Below, piece after piece: positions 7,032 through 17,060 of a DNA stretch of 32,000 bases. Position numbers and translations under genes: made by a program. The notes below the pieces were generated by a model. The model searched no databases. It was given only the letters and a program-made list of their open reading frames with translations, and was not told the origin of the DNA. The stretch comes from Candidatus Saccharimonadota bacterium (lineage in GTDB: Bacteria; Bacteroidota; Bacteroidia; Cytophagales; Amoebophilaceae): contig NZ_CP022339.1 of NCBI RefSeq assembly GCF_003351905.1, positions 450,001 to 482,000 of the forward strand. Direction: 5' to 3'. The stretch's first letter is position 1. The number at the start of each line of letters is the position of its first letter.

Positions 7032-8136
7032 ACAATAAACAGTTGTAAGCAGCTCATAAACAACCTTTAGATTAGCCTCGTACAAACCAGTCATACTTCC
7101 TAACCCCTATCACCTACTATGCCAATAGCCCCTTATGACCCTAGATCACCCCGTTACTGCTGACCTTTACAGGTATAACTTTACCCATTTTCATCTATTT
7201 CAAAGAACTCAATCTAAACCAGATGCTACCTTCTACTCGATTGCTGGATTATGCTGATTAAGACTGAAGCAGATTTACAAACTTTTTTATAACTTCCAAT
7301 GAACTTTTTAGAAATAAAGCATCAATCCTTTGAATTGTTTATAAACAATCTACCTCTGGCAGCATTATACTCTCCAAACATCTTCCTTGTACCTGCCTGC
7401 CGTCGTATGTTCAACGCTATGGCCATGCCACGCAAACAAAGGTAATGCACAAACCCATTTTCCCACAAAATACCTACATGCCTATCCACTTATCAACGAT
7501 CCCTTACCAACAAGTAATACGGAAACCATTAAACCAATATTTATACCAGAGATATCACCAAAGTTATCAAGAACTACAGTTATACACCTTTTATACACAC
7601 CACCTTATTGCTTATCTACACCAACCACATCCCATAAAATATAGGGCGTTTTAAAGTCCACACAATGATAGATTTATAATTTTTATCTGAATATCAAAAT
7701 AATTTAATTTTATTTACTGCACATCAACTTTATATAGATGGCTATGAGCAGTGACGCATACAAAAGATCCATTTCTATCTCTTTGCTAGCATAAATTTCC
7801 TTAAAATTGGAGCTATAGATTAGCCATTTGGTCTATATCCTAAAAAGAGATAAATAGTCAATGTATATAATGATATATTCAAACTAAATAGGTATAAAAA
7901 CTACCGTCATCTAATGCCATAACCACCTTTCAATCAATTATATATAAAGTATTGAACAGATAGAAGCGAAGGATATTAGAAATCAATGCTTCACTCCATC
8001 CAACCGGTGGATAAGTAAAGCATGCCTATGGTAGTTATACACAATTTTATTTTTAACTTGCCTTTTTCCACAAATCCACCGGGTAATAAGAATAAACTTT
8101 TTTCATTTATATCAAATTACTTATAATACCCCTATA

Positions 8137-10263
8137 ATGGGTGTGGATAAATACAAATCGCCAATAGTGACAAGTCTTGGTATGGATGATTTTTTCTCTA
8201 AAGGAATAACGCTACTGGTAGGATTGGATAAAGCCAAGTTGCTTACAGATGAATTAGGTATAGCTACCTATGAAGGGCTGTTAAGACATTATCCCTTTCG
8301 ATATGAAGATCGAAACAACCTATCTACTGTCGCTGCATTAACGCCTGCTGCTTCCGGTGTACAATTGCAAGGGTACATTAAAAACCTGCAAAAAATAGAT
8401 AAAGGAAAAAAAAGACTGGTCGCACGGTTTGAAGATGGCACAGGACAACTGGACCTTATATGGTTTCATAACTTTTCTTGGGTTATCAAAAAGATTAAAC
8501 CCAATATACCCTATCGTGTTTGGGGTAAACCTACCTTTTTACCCCAGGGTCATAGACAGCTTATTCATCCTGAAATCAGTTTTTTAACTGAAAGCAATAC
8601 AACCAACTTAATACCCTTATACCATAGTACAGATCAATTAAAACGCAATCAACTAGACACTAAGGGGATTGCGCTATTGCAGAAGAAGCTGTTGAGTCAA
8701 CTCCATACGGTGGTGGAAGAAACTTTACCCGATTATCTATTGACCCGCTATCGACTTCTTTCTCTAAAAGAGGCCTTTAGAAATATCCACTTCCCAGGTG
8801 ACCAGACCTTATTAAGACAAGCGCAAAGGAGGCTTAAGTTTGAGGAGTTGTTTTACACGCAACTAAAATTGCTTAAAACAAGACAAGTGCGTGTGGAAAA
8901 ACAAAATGGTAAAGTGTTTAATGATCTATCTTTGTTCAATGCATTTTACCACAACCATCTGCCTTTTCACCTAACCAATGGCCAAAAAGAGACCCTTAGG
9001 GATATTTACCGCGACTTAAGTGCTGGCAAGCAAATGAATAGATTGGTACAGGGTGATGTGGGAAGTGGAAAAACAATCGTTGCGTTTCTTGCCATGTTGG
9101 TGGTTATAGGGGGTAAAGCACAAGTGGCGATTATGGCGCCTACTGAAATTTTGGCCAAACAACATTTTGAACGTTTTTATCTCTTTGCTGAGTCATTAAA
9201 TTTAAATATTGCTTTACTTACAGGGAGTACCAAAAAAAAAGAGCGGGAACATATTTTGTACCGTCTTAAGGTCGGTCTCCTACATATTATAGTGGGTACG
9301 CACGCCTTGCTTAGTGAGGACGTTGCCTTTCATGAATTGGGTTTTTTTGTAATAGATGAACAGCACCGTTTTGGTGTGGCACAACGTGCTGGCCTTTTAA
9401 CTAAAAATCAAGTGTATGCACCCCATATACTTATTATGACTGCTACACCTATCCCAAGGACCTTAGCCATGACTTTTTATGGTGACTTGGATCTTTCTAC
9501 TATTTATGAATTGCCATCAGGTAGGCAGCCGATTAAAACACAGCATTACTATGAAAACTTTCGGTTAAAGGTTTTTCAGTTTGTCAGGGAACAACTCCTA
9601 TTGGGTAGACAGGCTTATATCGTCTATCCGCTTATTGAGGCCTCCGCTGCATTGGACTATAGTAATCTAATGGCTGGCTATGAATCTGTTTCTAGAGCTT
9701 TCCCAAATATTCCTGTTGGCATCGTGCATGGTAAAATGGATAGTGTGGCTAAAGATATAGAAATGAAGCGTTTTGAAAAAAACGAAACACGTATTCTAGT
9801 GACTACAACCGTTATAGAAGTGGGTGTCAATGTGCCGAATGCAACGGTAATGGTTATAGAAAGTGCTGAGCGCTTTGGCTTGTCTCAACTACACCAGTTA
9901 CGTGGAAGGGTGGGTCGTGGTCGTGCACAATCCTACTGTATTTTAATGACAGACTATCGTTTGAACCAAGCAGGAAGGGAACGCATGAAAACAATGGTTA
10001 AAACCAGCAATGGATTTGAAATAGCAGAATTGGATCTTAAACTTCGTGGCCCAGGGGATTTAATGGGATTGCAACAAAGTGGCGCGTTACATTTAAAAAT
10101 AGCTGATTTATCTAAAGATATTGCTATTTTAGAGGCAGCACGTGGTGTGGTTAAAAATATTATCCAACAAGATCCAGATTTGCAGCACCCCCTCAACTTG
10201 CCGATATATAAAGAATATACTAGATTACTGGCTGTAGCTGGGGATTGGAATAGAATAGGATAA
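8137..10263 (+). CDS. recG: ATP-dependent DNA helicase RecG
   Basis: N-terminal wedge region (YPFRYEDR), Walker A GDVGSGKT, DEQH box, TATPIPRT, QLHQLRGRVGRG. The start could be the internal ATG at 8182. Confidence 0.95.
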   Translation: MGVDKYKSPIVTSLGMDDFFSKGITLLVGLDKAKLLTDELGIATYEGLLRHYPFRYEDRNNLSTVAALTPAASGVQLQGYIKNLQKIDKGKKRLVARFEDGTGQLDLIWFHNFSWVIKKIKPNIPYRVWGKPTFLPQGHRQLIHPEISFLTESNTTNLIPLYHSTDQLKRNQLDTKGIALLQKKLLSQLHTVVEETLPDYLLTRYRLLSLKEAFRNIHFPGDQTLLRQAQRRLKFEELFYTQLKLLKTRQVRVEKQNGKVFNDLSLFNAFYHNHLPFHLTNGQKETLRDIYRDLSAGKQMNRLVQGDVGSGKTIVAFLAMLVVIGGKAQVAIMAPTEILAKQHFERFYLFAESLNLNIALLTGSTKKKEREHILYRLKVGLLHIIVGTHALLSEDVAFHELGFFVIDEQHRFGVAQRAGLLTKNQVYAPHILIMTATPIPRTLAMTFYGDLDLSTIYELPSGRQPIKTQHYYENFRLKVFQFVREQLLLGRQAYIVYPLIEASAALDYSNLMAGYESVSRAFPNIPVGIVHGKMDSVAKDIEMKRFEKNETRILVTTTVIEVGVNVPNATVMVIESAERFGLSQLHQLRGRVGRGRAQSYCILMTDYRLNQAGRERMKTMVKTSNGFEIAELDLKLRGPGDLMGLQQSGALHLKIADLSKDIAILEAARGVVKNIIQQDPDLQHPLNLPIYKEYTRLLAVAGDWNRIG

Positions 10264-10284
10264 TTGGTTTCTAATGTACGGATT

Positions 10285-11790
10285 ATGTCACTATACGAAA
10301 ATTTTGTAGCAAGGTTTGGCCACATTCGGTTGCTGCATCAAATAGAAGCGCTCTTGGGATGGGATCAACAAACTTATATGCCTGCTGGTGCAGTGGCGAT
10401 TCGTAGCAAGCAGCTTGCTTATATTGCTGGTTTGGCGCATAGGGAAGCAACGTCTAGTAGCTACCGTGAGGCCTTGGCGCAAATGATTGATATTGACACA
10501 GCATGCATTAAGCTAGAAGGGTTGCCCTTAACCGCACAATCCAATCTTAAACAGTGGTGTAGAGACTTAAAACAACTTACCAAGCTGCCTGAAGATTTTA
10601 TTCAAGCATATTATGTGACCATTACTACGGCAACAGAAGTATGGAAAAAGGCTAGACAGACTGCTGATTTTTCCTTATTTAGCCCGTGGCTTCAAAAGGT
10701 AGTAGACCTTAATCGGGAAAAGGCAGATCTATTGGGGTATGTAGATAGCCCCTATGATGCATTGGTCGATTTGTATGAGCCTGGTGTAACTACTGCTACT
10801 TTGTCCACTCTTTTTACTGATTTAGGAGATTTTTTGTCTGCCGCCGTACAAAAAACGGATGGAAAAGATAGCCCTTATAAGGATTATTTTAACCATTCTT
10901 TTACACAAGAAGCACAAATGCAATTTGGCCATTTTCTTTTAAAGACCATGGGTGTTGGTAGTGAAAATACAAGGTTAGATTGTTCGGCGCATCCTTTTTG
11001 TTCGGGTATACATCCTTCTGATGTAAGAGTAACCACTAACCTAGATGGTGGGTTGTTGGCGCATGTTTTTGCTGTTTTACACGAAGGAGGCCATGCGCTT
11101 TATGAACTGGGTCTACCTAAGGAAGAGTGGGCTACACCTGCTGGCCAAGCTGCTTCTATGGGATTGCATGAAAGTCAATCCAGGTGGTGGGAGGTAATGG
11201 TAGGTAAGTCTTTGCCCTTCTGGTCCTATGTCTATCCTAGGTTTCAAAAGCAATTTCCTTCTTTTCAGCCACTTGCTCTTGCTGATTTTTACCGACGCAT
11301 CAATCATGTGCAGGCTTCCTATATTCGTATTTATGCAGATGAAGTCACCTATCCATTGCATATTATCCTTAGATTTGAACTAGAAAAACAATTGATAGAG
11401 GGGAGCCTTAAAGTGCCAGATGTGCCACATATGTGGAATGCTACCATGCAAACACTTTTGGGCATTACACCCAAAAATGATGCAGAAGGATGTTTACAAG
11501 ATATTCATTGGTCTTCAGGTTATTTTGGTTATTTCCCAACCTATGCATTGGGTAATATTTATGCGGCTCAATATTTTGCTACCTTTGCTCAATCTTTTCC
11601 AGACTGGGAAACGCAAGTAGCGAATGGATCATTTTCGTTTATAAATGATTGGTTACGTGAGCATATTCATCGGTTTGGTAGAATCTATAATGCTGAGCAA
11701 AGTATCCAACGGGTTACAGGCCATAAGCTATCCGTACAGCCTTATAAAGATTATCTTACAAAGAAGTATAGCGATCTATCTATTGAATAA
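10285..11790 (+). CDS. M32-family (Taq-type) metallocarboxypeptidase
   Basis: HEGGHALYE zinc motif, HESQSRWWE, DIHWSSGYFGYFPTYALGN, IRIYADEVTYPLHI. The ORF is open from a TTG at 10264; the first ATG is at 10285. Confidence 0.9.
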   Translation: MSLYENFVARFGHIRLLHQIEALLGWDQQTYMPAGAVAIRSKQLAYIAGLAHREATSSSYREALAQMIDIDTACIKLEGLPLTAQSNLKQWCRDLKQLTKLPEDFIQAYYVTITTATEVWKKARQTADFSLFSPWLQKVVDLNREKADLLGYVDSPYDALVDLYEPGVTTATLSTLFTDLGDFLSAAVQKTDGKDSPYKDYFNHSFTQEAQMQFGHFLLKTMGVGSENTRLDCSAHPFCSGIHPSDVRVTTNLDGGLLAHVFAVLHEGGHALYELGLPKEEWATPAGQAASMGLHESQSRWWEVMVGKSLPFWSYVYPRFQKQFPSFQPLALADFYRRINHVQASYIRIYADEVTYPLHIILRFELEKQLIEGSLKVPDVPHMWNATMQTLLGITPKNDAEGCLQDIHWSSGYFGYFPTYALGNIYAAQYFATFAQSFPDWETQVANGSFSFINDWLREHIHRFGRIYNAEQSIQRVTGHKLSVQPYKDYLTKKYSDLSIE

Positions 11791-11836
11791 AGAGGAGTTT
11801 TTTACTTAAATCTAGTTTTCTATTTTTGTTGATCTT

Positions 11837-13045
11837 GTGACCATTAAAAAAACTTTTTACCTGTTTTTAGGTAATATATTGGGTATATGCCTATTGTTGA
11901 ATAGTTGCACAACAAGTTATTGCAATGGCTACCCGTGTGAAAGAAATGAACAATCTTCGTTTGCTCAGCAACCGGAAGCGTCCTCGTCAAGAGCAGAGGG
12001 CCAAAAGCCAAGAATTGTGGTAGTACTCCACCATGGCTTGGGTATGGATAATAGTCAACTTGATGTAATTGAGGAAGCATTGAAAAAAAACTATGGTGAC
12101 CAAGTAATCATTGTTAAGCCAACTTATAGAGAGAAGTACTTTAAATCCATCCTATTTCCTATTTCTCACGCATGGTTACCTGAGTCATTTGCAGACTGGA
12201 GAGGAAAGGGGTTTCCTACCCAATCATATGGCGTCTATCAAGAAGTAACCAATGTTCTGAAAGCGCAAGTAGACAAGCATCCCTTTTGTACATTTATGAT
12301 AGGTGTTAGCCAAGGTCGTGTAGAGAGCTGTGACTTAGCTAATGATTATGGAGATGCATTAAATATTAAAGGGGTTATTACAATTAATGCTCCTTTACAA
12401 GGTGTACATGGCTTACAAAATAAAGTGGAGGATGTATCTATGTTTCTGTCTAATGGCGCAGCTGGTTTAAAGGCGGTTGGCTTTAGTGATGCAGGCATAA
12501 AGCCAATGAAAAGTAATACATATCAAGAACTATTTCTGTCCAAATTTATACCTGGTATAGCCAGCATGCACCCGGATAGTGCATGTATAAGAAAAGTAAA
12601 TCGGTTTATAGATAGGGATACGACACCTTGTTTGGTTATAGGAAGTTATACACCAGATATTTTTAATACTATAAGTCCGGGTGTATATCATCCAGTATCA
12701 TCTAAGGATAACCCTGATGTAAAAATACTAGAAAAAGGCTTAGCAAAGTTCATTACTGGAAAAGAAGATGGATACCATGATGGATTAATTGCAACAGGTA
12801 GTCAATTGTATATGGATGATGCCCAAATACCATCTCTGATAGAGCATACCATACAACAAGATATAAAAAACAAAAACCTATATAGGTTGCTTCTTAAACG
12901 TCCAACGCATGCTGAGATTATCGCCTCTATCATGTCACGCCCAGCCATACCAATAGATACAACTAAGACACCACTTATAGAGCGAGATAAACACATTTCG
13001 CAATATATTATACAATTTATGGATCAAGTCATTAATACCTTTTAG
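11837..13045 (+). CDS. lipoprotein, putative alpha/beta-hydrolase (lipase/esterase-like)
   Basis: GTG start. Lipobox LLNSC. VVVLHHGLG oxyanion-like segment and GVSQG (GxSxG) nucleophile elbow. Stop is 2 nt before ftsL. Confidence 0.55.
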   Translation: MTIKKTFYLFLGNILGICLLLNSCTTSYCNGYPCERNEQSSFAQQPEASSSRAEGQKPRIVVVLHHGLGMDNSQLDVIEEALKKNYGDQVIIVKPTYREKYFKSILFPISHAWLPESFADWRGKGFPTQSYGVYQEVTNVLKAQVDKHPFCTFMIGVSQGRVESCDLANDYGDALNIKGVITINAPLQGVHGLQNKVEDVSMFLSNGAAGLKAVGFSDAGIKPMKSNTYQELFLSKFIPGIASMHPDSACIRKVNRFIDRDTTPCLVIGSYTPDIFNTISPGVYHPVSSKDNPDVKILEKGLAKFITGKEDGYHDGLIATGSQLYMDDAQIPSLIEHTIQQDIKNKNLYRLLLKRPTHAEIIASIMSRPAIPIDTTKTPLIERDKHISQYIIQFMDQVINTF

Positions 13046-13047
13046 TC

Positions 13048-13410
13048 ATGCGTGAAAACAGCTATAAACCCATTAAAAAGATAACTTTATTTGGTCAGTT
13101 AGAAAAGAAGTTACGTTTAAATGGCACCTCTTTAAATACCCCTTACTATTTATCTCGTTTGTTTTATCTTTTCTTTTTGGGGCTGTTCTACATCTGGAAT
13201 GCACATTATCATGAAAAAATGTTACATAAGGTCCATCAGCTTCAGCCCATCGTAGGTGGCCTTCGCGTAAAACATATGCGCTTACAATCCAGCTATATGT
13301 TTGATCGTAAACAATCAGAAGTAGCTAAAAAGGTGGCCCCATTAGCCATTTATGAAAGTAAAGTGCCCCCTTATACCATCAAAGCCAATAAGAAGAGTGA
13401 CCCTTACTAA
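13048..13410 (+). CDS. ftsL: Bacteroidota-type cell division protein FtsL
   Basis: Single TM (LFYLFFLGLFYIWNAHY), then a coiled segment and a C-terminal PPYTIK, as in Bacteroidota FtsL. Lies directly upstream of ftsI. Confidence 0.7.
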   Translation: MRENSYKPIKKITLFGQLEKKLRLNGTSLNTPYYLSRLFYLFFLGLFYIWNAHYHEKMLHKVHQLQPIVGGLRVKHMRLQSSYMFDRKQSEVAKKVAPLAIYESKVPPYTIKANKKSDPY

Positions 13411-15601
13411 GGCTATTTTGTTACGTGCCAGAATAATTTTTCTTTGTGCGCTATGTTTTGTACTCCTTATTACCTGGAAAATAGTCCACTTGCAGTTTGT
13501 AGAAGTAGATAAATGGCGGAACTGTGCCAAAACTGCCCAGTTGGCCTATAGGCCTATTGTGGCATCCAGAGGTAATATTTATGCCCATGATGGTGCCTTA
13601 TTGGCTACATCCCTTCCTTTTTATAGGGTTGCTTTAGATCCTGTTGTCGCTTCAGATGCCTGTTTTAAAGCAGGCATAGATCCACTTAGTCGAGCATTAT
13701 CTGATTTTTATCAAGATAACCCTCCTGCATACTACAAGCAACGGATTATAGATGCGCGTGCGAAAAAACGGAATTATCTGTTGTTGCATAAAGGGTTCAT
13801 TACCTATGCAGACAAGAAAAAAATGAGCCATTGGCCGATTTTTAATCAAGGTAGGTTTAGGGGAGGGGTGATTTTTGAAGCACAGTATAAACGTTACAAT
13901 CCCTTTAGAGAGTTGGCTAGACGTACGATTGGTGTGCATAGGGAAACACATGGATCTGGTTTGGAATATGCTTTTAACAAAGTGTTAAAAGGCGTAGATG
14001 GTAAGGCCCTGTATCAGAAGGTCGTCGGTGGCAATTGGAAAAAGGTTCCGGAGAGTACCACAGTAGCGCCTATACATGGGTCTGATTTGGTTACTACATT
14101 AGATATCAATCTACAGGATGTAGCCCAAAGTAGTTTGCTGTCCGTTCTTGAGCAGACAGAGGCACAAAATGGTTGCGCTATTGTCATGGAAGTAGCTACG
14201 GGCGCCATTAAAGCAATGGCTAATTTATCTCGCACGGAATCTGGGCAATATATAGAATCTTACAATTATGCTATTGGTAGTTCCGTTGAGCCAGGTTCTA
14301 TTTTTAAACTGGCTTCTATGTTGGCTTTATTAGAAGAAACAGAATGGCCCCTTACGCAGCTGGTAGATACGGGGGATGGTGCAGTGCAATTCTATAATAG
14401 ATGGATGAAAGATGTAAAAAAAGGAGGGTATGGGTTGCTTACCTTGCAAGGAGTATTTGAGAAATCTTCTAATGTAGGTATCTCCATAGCCATTCAAGAA
14501 GCATTTGGTACAAACCCTCAAAAGTTTATTGATTACATGGAAGCATTGGGCATGCACCAACCCTTAGGGATTGAGTTAGCTGGAGAAGGCAAGCCATATA
14601 TGATCACGCCAAAAAGTAAAATGTGGAGTGGTGTAACGCTGCCATGGCTTTCTATTGGTTACAATTTACAGGTTACACCGCTGCAGATGTTGGTACTGTA
14701 TAATGCTGTAGCCAATAATGGCAGGATGGTTAAGCCGATTTTTGTACAGCGCATACAATCAGCTAATGGGGTAGTGAAAAGTTTTCCGACTACTGTTTTA
14801 AAAGAAAAAATTTGCTCAGATAAAACGTTGCGTAAACTAAAGACGATGTTAGAAGGCACGGTAGAAAGAGGCTTGGCGCAACGCATTAAACATGGATTTT
14901 ATAAAATAGCCGGCAAAACAGGTACGGCCCAAAAGTTGATCAATGGGAAGTATACAGACCATCATCTGACTTCATTTGCTGGTTACTTTCCAGCGGATCA
15001 TCCCCGTTACAGCTGTATCATTGTGGTAGACAGTCCACAAGGCGAAAGCTTTCGATTTGGTGCAGAAGTACCGGCACCTATATTTAAAGATATTGTGGAT
15101 AGAATAGCCGGTAAAGATTTGCATGCAAGAAAACCAATTAATAGACCTTTTTCAAATCCTACTACTGAGGCGCAATGGGTAGGCGCAGCGCAGTCGGCAG
15201 CCTACTTAGGTCTGTTTGGGCTGCATCAGTCGACCCCGAAGTGGCCACTGGTAATCGAGTTTCCCAAGCAATGTAGTGAAGGAGTACATCCAATAGCGCT
15301 TTCTAATGTGGGTAGTGTCGATGAATTGACCTTTTTATATCGATGGTTGCAGCTGCCTATACCTGGAAATGTAAGCCAAGAAGTAAGCTGGGGAAGGCTA
15401 ACGGTCCGTTCTACTGAAAGCATATTCCAGCCATGTAAGCGCCCGTCTTCAGTGCCGAGTGTATTGCATATGAAGCTACGTGATGCACTCTTTGTATTGG
15501 AAAAAAATGGCTTACAGGTTACCATAGAGGGCAACATACATGGAGTGGTATCCCAACAATTTAAAACAACTTCTAACCAGATTACTATTTTATTAAAGTG
15601 A
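13352..15601 (+). CDS. ftsI: penicillin-binding protein (FtsI/PBP3-type transpeptidase) with C-terminal PASTA-like domain
   Basis: TM anchor, SIFK (SxxK), SSN and KTGT motifs. The ATG at 13352 overlaps ftsL by 59 nt; an in-frame GTG at 13397 would overlap it by only 14 nt. Confidence 0.9.
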   Translation: MKVKCPLIPSKPIRRVTLTKAILLRARIIFLCALCFVLLITWKIVHLQFVEVDKWRNCAKTAQLAYRPIVASRGNIYAHDGALLATSLPFYRVALDPVVASDACFKAGIDPLSRALSDFYQDNPPAYYKQRIIDARAKKRNYLLLHKGFITYADKKKMSHWPIFNQGRFRGGVIFEAQYKRYNPFRELARRTIGVHRETHGSGLEYAFNKVLKGVDGKALYQKVVGGNWKKVPESTTVAPIHGSDLVTTLDINLQDVAQSSLLSVLEQTEAQNGCAIVMEVATGAIKAMANLSRTESGQYIESYNYAIGSSVEPGSIFKLASMLALLEETEWPLTQLVDTGDGAVQFYNRWMKDVKKGGYGLLTLQGVFEKSSNVGISIAIQEAFGTNPQKFIDYMEALGMHQPLGIELAGEGKPYMITPKSKMWSGVTLPWLSIGYNLQVTPLQMLVLYNAVANNGRMVKPIFVQRIQSANGVVKSFPTTVLKEKICSDKTLRKLKTMLEGTVERGLAQRIKHGFYKIAGKTGTAQKLINGKYTDHHLTSFAGYFPADHPRYSCIIVVDSPQGESFRFGAEVPAPIFKDIVDRIAGKDLHARKPINRPFSNPTTEAQWVGAAQSAAYLGLFGLHQSTPKWPLVIEFPKQCSEGVHPIALSNVGSVDELTFLYRWLQLPIPGNVSQEVSWGRLTVRSTESIFQPCKRPSSVPSVLHMKLRDALFVLEKNGLQVTIEGNIHGVVSQQFKTTSNQITILLK

Positions 15602-17040
15602 TGATAAAAAGCCTTCAACAACTGTTAGCAGGCATACCTGTAAAAAAGGTATTGGGTCCAACTAATCTACCTATACACACCCTTTGTTTTGATAGCCGTA
15701 AAGTAGTAGTTGGTGTTTGTTTTGTTGCCATAAATGGTAGCCAAGTAGATGGACATCTTTATATAGAAATGGCTATCGCAGCAGGTAGCCATGCGATTGT
15801 ATGTGAGCGCCTACCTCAATCCATTCAGGCAGCGGTCACCTATATAGTGGTTGCCTCTACGCCTCATGCACTGGGGATGATGGCTGCCAACTTTTATGAC
15901 CATCCTAGCAAAAAGCTAAAAGTAGTAGCGGTGACCGGTACAAATGGCAAAACGACCGTTGTGCACCTATTGTATAATATGGCAACCAAGATGGGCTACA
16001 AGGCGGGTATGCTTTCTACTATTTACAATAAAGTACTAGATCAGACCTATCCAGCTAGCCATACCACGCCAGATGCATTGCAGTTACAGTCGTTTTTACA
16101 TCTTATGGTAGCAGCGGGTTGCAGCTATTGTTTTATCGAAGCAAGTTCACATGCCATCGTTCAAGAAAGACTGGCAGGTATAGATTTTACAGGTGCTATA
16201 TTTACCAATATCACCCACGACCATTTGGACTACCATCCTGACTTTTTACACTATATTCAGGCTAAAAAAAAGCTATTTGATGGCTTGCCTCCTACCGCTT
16301 TTGCCTTGATGAACCAGCAAGATAGGAATAGTTCCATTCTGGTTCAGAATTGTAAGGCTAAAAGGTTCACTTTTTCTCTGCAAGATGCTGCGGATTTTAG
16401 AGCAAAAATAGTTGCCAATACACTGGATGGGTTAGAGTTAGAGATAGGCCATCAATCGGTTTGGTTCCAGTTGATGGGTGCATTCAATGCCAGTAACCTA
16501 TTGGCTGCTTATGGCACTGCCCAGCTATTGGGCTTGAGTAGCTGGGAGAGTTTGGTAGCGCTTTCCGCTATTCCTCCTATTCTAGGTAGAATGAATAGGG
16601 TTTCACAACAGGTTATTATAGATTATGCCCATACACCAGATGCCATTCAAAAGGTAATCGTTGCATTGCGTGCCATGCTTCCTGTTGGCACTAGGCTGAT
16701 CACCATTATGGGGTGTGGAGGCAATCGTGACCAACAAAAACGGGCTATGATTGGCAAGATTCTCTCTGAAAATAGTGACATCGCTATATTCACCAGCGAT
16801 AATCCAAGAGATGAAGATCCACAAGAAATTATTCATGCTATGCAACAAGGTGTTGCTCCAGCTGCCAAAGTACTCCATATAATAAACAGGGCGATGGCTA
16901 TTCGAACAGCTTGCTACATCGCGCATCCAAACGATCTTATTTTAATAGCAGGGAAAGGTCATCAATATTATGAAGAAATCCAAGGGGTCCAACACTTCTT
17001 TTGTGAAGCACAAATTGTCCAGGAAATCTTAGGCGAATAG
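15601..17040 (+). CDS. murE: UDP-N-acetylmuramoyl-L-alanyl-D-glutamate--2,6-diaminopimelate ligase
   Basis: VTGTNGKTT P-loop. DNPR motif (TSDNPRDEDP) typical of meso-DAP-adding MurE. The ATG at 15601 overlaps the ftsI stop (TGATG); a GTG at 15598 is also in frame. Confidence 0.9.
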   Translation: MIKSLQQLLAGIPVKKVLGPTNLPIHTLCFDSRKVVVGVCFVAINGSQVDGHLYIEMAIAAGSHAIVCERLPQSIQAAVTYIVVASTPHALGMMAANFYDHPSKKLKVVAVTGTNGKTTVVHLLYNMATKMGYKAGMLSTIYNKVLDQTYPASHTTPDALQLQSFLHLMVAAGCSYCFIEASSHAIVQERLAGIDFTGAIFTNITHDHLDYHPDFLHYIQAKKKLFDGLPPTAFALMNQQDRNSSILVQNCKAKRFTFSLQDAADFRAKIVANTLDGLELEIGHQSVWFQLMGAFNASNLLAAYGTAQLLGLSSWESLVALSAIPPILGRMNRVSQQVIIDYAHTPDAIQKVIVALRAMLPVGTRLITIMGCGGNRDQQKRAMIGKILSENSDIAIFTSDNPRDEDPQEIIHAMQQGVAPAAKVLHIINRAMAIRTACYIAHPNDLILIAGKGHQYYEEIQGVQHFFCEAQIVQEILGE

Positions 17041-17060
17041 CTATAGTTGTATGCTAGAAG

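Noticed and set aside
7387-7654. Two overlapping plus-strand ORFs (85 and 69 aa) in the G-poor tract
   Set aside because: Stop codons (TAG/TGA/TAA) are rarer where G is depleted, so open frames arise by composition. The products are Pro/Thr/His/Tyr low-complexity, and the two ORFs overlap in different frames.
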